A stretch of DNA of 64,000 bases from Camelus ferus (lineage: Eukaryota), in the NCBI RefSeq assembly GCF_009834535.1, contig NC_045711.1, positions 12,028,001 through 12,092,000 of the forward strand, written 5' to 3'. How positions within the stretch are numbered: the stretch's first letter is position 1; each line of letters opens with the position of its first letter. This document shows positions 56,180-64,000 of this stretch, in pieces. Below the pieces are notes generated by a model. It had not been told where the DNA came from. It worked only from the letters and a program-made list of their open reading frames with translations, and did no database searches. A program made the translations under genes and the position numbers.

Positions 56180-57775
56180 AATCTAAGAAGGTAAAATAAA
56201 AATTATGGAACATTTTAACCATATAAAAAGGTAAAGAGAATAACGTATCCCCAGATACCCATGACACAGCTTCCAGAATAATCAACATTCCGCCTTTATT
56301 ATCTCATGCATAACTTGAGCCACTCCCCACGACCCCACCAATGTTTCTGAGGTAAAACACACACACGGTGAAATGCTATCATACCATTTTTGATGACAAA
56401 ATGTGACAAATTTTGATGCAGCTCTGTAACCCACCCCTACCAAGACAAAGACATTTTCCTGTATTTTCTTCTCAAAAGTTTTATGTTTAGGTCTATTAAC
56501 CACCTCAAGTTAACTATTGTGTATGATGTGAGGTGGGGGTAAAAGTTCATTTTTCAGCTCCAGATGTTTCAGGGCCATTTGTTAAAAAGCTTCCCTCTCC
56601 CTGCTGATTCACTTTGGTGCCTTCGGAGACAATCATTTGTCAACGAACTATATTCATTGGTTGTTGTTCTACCATAGCTTTATAGAATCTTAAGTATTTT
56701 AAGATCTCCAACTTTCTACTACTCTCTTCATTTTGGAATCAATTTGTCAGTTCCCACAAACAAGGCTGGTAGGATTTTTGACTGGGATTGAATTAAATAA
56801 TTCTGATGAGGACTGACACCTCTTGAGTTTCTGATCTACAAGTATGGTATCTCTCCATTATTTAAATCTTCCTTAAATTCTCTCAGCAGTATTTTGTAGT
56901 TTTCAATACAGAGCTCTTGTCCAACTTTGGTTAAATTTATCCCTGAGTATGCCATGTTATTGGATGCTATTGTAACAGCATTGTTTTTAAAATTCATTTT
57001 TTGATTTCAGATTCAAAGTCGCTATTATATAAAAATACAATTTATGTATATAGCCTTTGAAATTTGTAACCTTGCTATAATCACTTATTAGTTCTAATAG
57101 TGTTAAATGAATTTTCTATTAGGACTTTTTATGTACACAAAAAGCAGCTTTATTTCTTCTTTTCCAACTGTTACATTGATTTCTTTTTCTTGCCTCCAGT
57201 TTACAGTGCTGAAGTGGTGAGAGTTGAATCCTTTTCTAGTTCTTGATCTTAGAGGAAAAGCAATCAACCTGTCACTACTATGTATGTTCATGGTAACTTG
57301 ATTGCCAGTGCCCTTTATTAAAATGAGTAAGTCTCCCTTTTCCTAGTTTGCTAGGAGGTTGGTTTTTCTTTTCTTTCTTTTTAAAATCATGAATAGGTGT
57401 TGCATATTGTCAACTGCTTTTTATGCATTGATTGAAACTGATCATCTAATTTTTACCCTTTCATCTGTCAGTGTGGCAAATTACATTTATTTTTCTATGT
57501 GAAAATGTTGCAGTCCAGGGACAAATTCCACTTGGGCAAGATATATTTATCATTTTTATATTTTACTAGGCTTGATTTGCTAAAATTTGTCATATTTTTG
57601 TATATATATGCTAAAAGGAATACTGGTCCAAATTTCCTTCTCTTGTAATATGCCCTTGTTTGGTTTTGGTAAAAGGATTATTTTGGCCTCATAAAATGAA
57701 TTGGGCAGTGTTACTTCCCCTATATCTTGGAAGAGTTTATGTGAGATTCCTATCATTTCTTCCTCAGATGTTTGA
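56180..57775 (-). mobile_element. Ancient LINE-1 ORF2 remnant in TP53 intron 1
   Basis: ORF track 57580-57879 translates to KLFQDIGEVTLPNSFYEAKIILLPKP, the L1 ORF2 RT-proximal PNSFYEA motif; multiple stops and frameshifts. Confidence 0.75.
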
Positions 57776-57779
57776 AGAG

Positions 57780-58960
57780 AAGAACAAAGAAGACACACAG
57801 CAAATAGCACTAAGACAGCAGATTTAAACCTAAACCTAACAATAACTCCATGAAATATTAATGAACCAATCAAAAGCAACTCAGTAAGGGAAAGCTATTT
57901 CAACAAGTGGAGCTAGAACAACTGGATATCTATAAGAAAAAAATTATCTTGATGTCACATCATAAAAAAAACTTTTAATCAATCAGTCAATCAAGGCTCA
58001 TAGACCTAAGCGTAAAACCTAAAACTACAAAGGTTCTAGATGAAAATATACGAGAAAGTACTAGAGAATATCCTTGGGACTTTGGGATATGATTTCCTAA
58101 AGAGGTCACAGCAAATAGTTAAAAGAAAAAAGATGAATCTTCTGCTCCTCTTAAGAGCTGTTATATAGGCAAGCAAGAAGTCAGGAGAAAACTCACGTAT
58201 CTGACAAAAGAGACTCCTATTCAGAATATACAAATAACTCCAAAACTCAATAATACAGAAAGCAAATAAACCAATTTTAAAAATGGGGAAAAGACTTGAA
58301 TAGCCATTTCACATATGGCACAGACATGGCCAACAAGCACATGCAAACTGTTTCAGGTAGTTAACAAAGAAACTGCAAATTAAAACCACAATGAGATACC
58401 ACATGAGTAAAATCGACAAACCAAATAATGAGACAGGATGTTATCTTGCTGGTAGAACTGTAAAATGGTACAACCGCTTTGAAAAATTAGAACCTTTTAA
58501 TAGAGTTAAAAAATACATAGATCTACTTCTCACTCTGACCTAGCAATTCCATTCCTAAGAATTTATCCAAGAAACATAGAAACATATGACCACAAAAATA
58601 ATTTTACAAGAAAGTTAATAACAGCTTTATTTAAAATAATCCCAAACGGTAAACAACTCAAACCTCCATCAAAAAGAGAATGGCTAAACAATCGATGGTT
58701 TATTCATCCAATGGGATATATTAACTGAAAAGAGGAAAGTGCGGATAAGCCGCTGATACATGCAATAAAACGGGTGAAATTTCAGATATTATGCTGATGG
58801 GAAGAAGCCCGACACAAAGGAGCACATACTGTATAATTCCATTTATGTGAAGTTCTCCAACAGACAAACCTAACCCTTGGAGACATAAATCTAAATTAGG
58901 TGGGGGTCGGGTCAGATACAGACTGGGAAGCAGCATGAGAAATTTGTATTTTGATAGTCG
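57780..58960 (+). mobile_element. Ancient LINE-1 fragments (ORF2 end and 3' UTR), opposite in orientation to the adjacent fragment
   Basis: TTCAACAAGTGGAGCTAGAACAACTGGATATC, TGACCTAGCAATTCCATTCCTAAGAATTTATCC, ATACTGTATAATTCCATTTATGTGAAG. Confidence 0.7.
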
Positions 58961-58969
58961 GTGGTTGTA

Positions 58970-59880
58970 AACGCTACCGCAGTGTAGAAAGACGCTCGTA
59001 AGTATCGCGAATAGTGTCCGGTTCGGAGCAGGTGCGTGGTACGTCACCGCGCCCTAAACGATGAGGATGCGGGAGAAACCGATTGGGGTTACACATCGCG
59101 CGGGGCCAGCCGCCCCCAGCAGGCAAGAACTAGCTGGGACCGGAGGCCAGCACTCAAGACCTCGGGCCACGCCCCTCTCCAAGGCCCGCCCCTTCCGCTT
59201 TCACGACGTTCACTCTGCGTCCCAAATGGGGATGGCTCAACCCAAAGCCGGATACAGAAGAAACTGCTTCTCCGCCACGACAAATGGCCCATCGTTATAC
59301 TCTTTTATCGTTTAATTCTCAGATGTACTCATTCTTGAGTACCCAGGGTTTGCCCTCTGACACCTAAAAAAAAAAAAACAAAAACCGTCCCACGCAATGG
59401 TAGTGTCCACTAGGACAGCCCTCCACCGGGATGGAGCACACCATTCAAACGGGGGGGAAGGATTGCGGTTTGCATCAAAACAAACCCCTCTTCCTTTCCG
59501 AAAGAGGTAACTAAGTACTTCAGGAAGGAAAAAAAAGAAAGAGGTTAGCAGCCCCCCTCCTCAAGTAATAGGAACCCGTCTGGAAGACTTTTCCTCTACT
59601 TCCCTTACATCGGGTGACTAGTGGGCTGCTCCGAAAAAAAGAAACCGGAAATGCTCTTGCAAGCGGCATAAATGTAAAAGTAGAGGCAAACAATAACAAG
59701 GCTCCCTGGCCTTTTCAGGCCGGTTTAGTCCTTCTGGGCTTCGCGGGCAAACCTGTTGTTTAGCACGTCCAATTTCCACAACATATAGTGTTTAATTGGC
59801 TTTTCTCCATCTAGCGGAGCCTGGGGCCAGTTGGAAAGATCACTCCAGGAAGGACAAAGGTCCGGAAGTAATGGGACCTT
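58970..59880. promoter_or_regulatory. Intronic CpG-rich promoter-like region in TP53 intron 1 (P2-like)
   Basis: Dense CpGs; CCAAT box (ATTGG 59082-59086); GC boxes 59167-59175 and 59184-59192; ETS CCGGAAGT 59862-59869. Confidence 0.55.
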
Positions 59881-60449
59881 AGCAGCCTGGACTTCCCGGA
59901 TCTCCTCGAATAACCACTTCGGAATGGAACCCGAGGTCCCACTGGGATTCCATAGGCTTTAAAATCTAGAGCCATGAAACCCGAAAGTTCCGAGATCTGA
60001 AAATCTCAGACCCTGATGCTCTGTGCGTCTTATTTCGGGGTCCCCCACACCAGCCCTGGGATGGGGGTGATGGTGGCGGTTGGGGTAAGAACCCCCTAGG
60101 CCGGCTCAAGATTCCCCAAAGCCCTTCTCCCTGGTCCAGATGTTCAGCTTTGAGTTCGGCTGGTCCTAACACCCCCATCATCTGCACGCAGGCCTCCTAA
60201 CATTGCATTCCTTGGCTGGTGCGGCTAGCGAAGCTTCCATTCCCTCCAAAATCGCTAAGACCCCAATGCCCCACCCCCAGCCCCCTCTATTTCACCGAGC
60301 TGAAAATTCACGGAGCGGAAATCTCGTGACTCAGAGAGGACTCATCAGGCTCAGTGAAGAGCTTACCCGAAGCTCAGGGGAGCGTGTCACCGTCCTGGGA
60401 TGCACGCTCCGAGACCGGACGCCAGGTGACCCCGGAGCCCAGAGGCTAC

Positions 60450-60545
60450 CTGCGAACACGATGGTGGCTCTGGACTTTTGAGGAGCTCAAAACTTTTAGC
60501 GCCAGTCCGGAGCACATGGGAGGGGGAAATCCCAATCCCAGCAAC
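60450..60545 (-). other. TP53: TP53 non-coding exon 1 (5' end approximate)
   Basis: Minus strand GGGATTGGGATTTCCCCCTCCCATGTGCTC...GGCGCTAAAAGTTTTGAGC...GCAG|GTAGCC closely matches the recalled human TP53 exon 1. Confidence 0.88.
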
Positions 60546-60600
60546 CCTCGCGAGGCTCCTGGCACAAAGCTGGACAGTCGCCATGACAAGTAAGGGCAAG
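60505..60600 (-). promoter_or_regulatory. TP53 P1 promoter elements
   Basis: E-box CACATG 60513-60518; NF-kB site GGGAAATCCC 60524-60533; NF1-type TGGCA in GGCTCCTGGCACAAAG. Confidence 0.75.
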
Positions 60601-60779
60601 TAATTACCCTGAGGGCGGAGGCGATGGGAACGGAGAGTAGGAGAGGAGGGTGTGGGGAGAGTCAGGACTCTCGCCTTATTGGTACGGTAGCTACAGACCG
60701 GGATGGGTAAGTTCGACAAACCAGAGCCAGGAGGGCAGAATTGGTGGAAACCATCTTGGAAGACTTCTGCCAGTGTGTC

Positions 60780-61120
60780 AAATAGAAGATAAAAGGAAGA
60801 AAGCCTTTGCACTTGATATTCCCTCTGCCTGGAACACTCCTAGATAGCTAGAGAGTTTTTACTCATCAGCTAAAATGTCATCTTATAGGAAGGTCTTCCT
60901 TAATGTCCCAGTCTAACTTACACTCCTAGATACGCTATATCACACTATCTTATTTAATTTCCTTCACAGCCCTTATCGTTTTCTGAAATGATTTGTTCTT
61001 TGCCTTAAGTACACAGGGATCTTATATACTATCTTACTTGTTGTTGTGTTTCCCAGTGCCTAGTACAGTACTGGGTAGCAAGTAAGAGCTCAATAATAAG
61101 TACTTACTGAATGAATGAAA
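60780..61120 (+). mobile_element. LINE-2 3' end remnant between TP53 exon 1 and the WRAP53 beta promoter
   Basis: TTCCCTCTGCCTGGAACACT...CAGTGCCTAGTACAG...CTCAATAATAAGTACTTACTGAATGAATGAA. Confidence 0.7.
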
Positions 61121-61192
61121 AGAGATGAAAGTCTGAGGAATTTAGCGAATGAGATGCAAGAGTCAAAACCTGTAAAATGAAATATGGCGCTA

Positions 61193-61206
61193 GCGCCCTC
61201 TGCAGG
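61193..61206 (-). promoter_or_regulatory. CTCF core motif upstream of TP53
   Basis: Minus strand CCTGCAGAGGGCGC. Confidence 0.65.
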
Positions 61207-61293
61207 TTGGGGATGGGAGTAGGTGCTTTCAGAATGACCGCACAAGACGGCAGGGGGAGCGCAGGCACTTCTCGCCCAAACAGAAGCTTTCGG

Positions 61294-61306
61294 ACTACGA
61301 CTCCCA
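61294..61306 (+). promoter_or_regulatory. ZNF143/Staf-type motif at the WRAP53 beta promoter
   Basis: ACTACGACTCCCA matches ACTAYRNNNCCCR. Confidence 0.6.
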
Positions 61307-61713
61307 GCAGCCACTAGGAGCCCCGGGGCTTGATGGGAACGATACCCCGTGATCTGGTACGCCCCTGCCCCGCCCCTCCGTGGGTGGCCCGCGAAATCTG
61401 ATCCGGGATACCGAGGTCCAATCGAAAGATGGGCCCAAATCCCGCGAGAGCAGGTGGTGCGTAGCGACCCACAGGGCTGAGGAACGTTGTGCTTTCCATT
61501 AATTGCTGCACGCTTGTTAGCCTAGTCTTCCGGGGGAGGGGGTATCTTCTGGCCCCCTCCCGGGAACAGAAGGAAGGCACAGGTGGGTTTCTCCAGTTAT
61601 GCGTCCCGATCCTTGCGAACTTTGAAGCAGTCTCGGCCTTGCCGGGCAGCTGGTAGCCGGCAGGAAGAGAGTTGCCTGGCCGCGGCCAATGTCTGCCGCG
61701 CTTTCTCTGCAGT

Positions 61714-62731
<1,018 letters not shown>

Positions 62732-62979
62732 GTAAGGGTAGGGGCTAACTGCCCCTTCATCAGGCACTGCACATTTAAGACCTTCCTGGGGGTGGAGAAA
62801 GTACAGTCCACATGTTTCCTGTTCACAGGCAGGATGTTTCTTCACCATGAGTTTCCCCAGGTAGCATTTTCTGCCCTGAATTCTAAAATGATTTAAAGAG
62901 ATGTTTGTCGTTCTTTAGTAAGGAATATGTGTTTTCTGTAAAAGAGTAGTGGATTTCTCACTGTAGTTTTTAATTAACT

Positions 62980-63800
62980 TGCAGATATTTATTGAATGAC
63001 TACCAGTAGGTTAGTTACTGTGTTTGGTGTTGGGATAAAGTGATACATGAGACAGATGAAGAGCTGGTTTGCTTTCTTGGGTGGGAGATAGACAGCAAAC
63101 ATGTAAACGAATGAGTAATGAAGTTCACTATGGATTGTAAGACATGCTGTGAAGGAAACAGAATGAGAAGAGGTTACCTAGAGGATCGCACTTTAGATAA
63201 AGTGGTCAGAGAGGGGCTCCTGAAAAGGAGACATTTGAGCTGAGATGTGAGGAATGACGAGGTCAGTCATATGAAGAGCTGTAGAGAGAGCTTTCCAGGA
63301 AGAGGCAAAGATGCTACAAAGACCCAGAGCTGGGAAAGAGTTTTGTGTATTCAAGGAACAGAAAGAAGGCCAATATGCCTGGACTGAGGCCAGTGGGCGG
63401 AAAGTGTGGTCAGGATGGAGAAGTGGATCTTGTGGGTAGGGCATTTGGAGTGCTTTGGGAAGCCATGGGAGAGTTTTAAAAGAGAAAAGTGAAATGATGG
63501 CTGAAGTTGAGAGAATGGATTGTGAGTGGGCAAGAGTGGAGACTCATTAGGATGCACTTATGGGCCAGGCGAGAAATGATGTTGGCGTGGGCTAGAGTGG
63601 TGTCAGAAGAGAGAGATGTGGGTGGATTTGAAGTATATTTCATAGGACTTGGAAATCAATGGGGTGGATGGGGGTGCATTTTACTCACAGGATATGAAGA
63701 GGTATTGAGACAGAAGTCAAAGGTTTTTAGGTCCCTTAAATGTGGAATGTAAAGCTGAGGGGAGACTTTGAGAAGGGCGCTAGGGATATACTTTGGAAGT
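62980..63800 (-). mobile_element. LINE-2 remnant in a WRAP53 intron
   Basis: GATATTTATTGAATGACTACCAG...GAGCTTTCCAGGAAGAGGCAAAG...TGTGTATTCAAGGAACAGAAAGAAGGCCAATATGCCTGG. Confidence 0.7.
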
Positions 63801-64000
63801 GGGAGAGCATGTTGATGGTGTCTTGTCGATGGTGTCTTGTCAATCTCACGAGAGGGTAGATGGATGAGGAAAGGCTTGTGCAGAGCCTGGAGCGCCCCAG
63901 CCTGTGGAGGTGGATGCTGGAGAAATCACAAAAGTGGAGGCAAAGAGTCATGTCTGACACTGTTAAGAGTGAGGGCAAATTTAGAGAATGACCCAAGAAG

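Noticed and set aside
57580-57879. 99-aa ORF with a reverse-transcriptase-like motif
   Set aside because: Degenerate L1 ORF2 fragment, not an intact retroelement or host gene.

Overview
Mammalian genomic DNA matching the gene order of human 17p13.1: MPDU1(+), SOX15(-), FXR2(-), SAT2(-), SHBG(+), ATP1B2(+), TP53(-) and the first coding exons of WRAP53(+). The p53 sequence is artiodactyl-like, and five copies of a tRNA-derived SINE resemble the camelid Vic-1 family, so the species is probably a camel, llama or alpaca (inference). I traced all exons by hand. MPDU1 (247 aa), SOX15 (232 aa), SAT2 (170 aa) and TP53 (381 aa) are intact with canonical GT-AG sites. FXR2 and ATP1B2 are intact except for first exons that fall in N gaps. 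The outlier is SHBG: a -1/+4 compensated frameshift in exon 4, loss of the AG acceptors of exons 5 and 7, and many radical substitutions. It is either a decaying unitary pseudogene or a gene rescued by in-frame cryptic splice sites. Other notable signals are two tandem in-frame microexons in ATP1B2 intron 5, p53beta-like and p53AS-like cryptic C-termini in TP53, a spliced antisense transcript with a long open frame at the MPDU1 promoter, and interlocked MPDU1/SOX15 poly(A) signals. Comparisons with human and mouse orthologs are from recalled reference sequences, not from alignments I could run.
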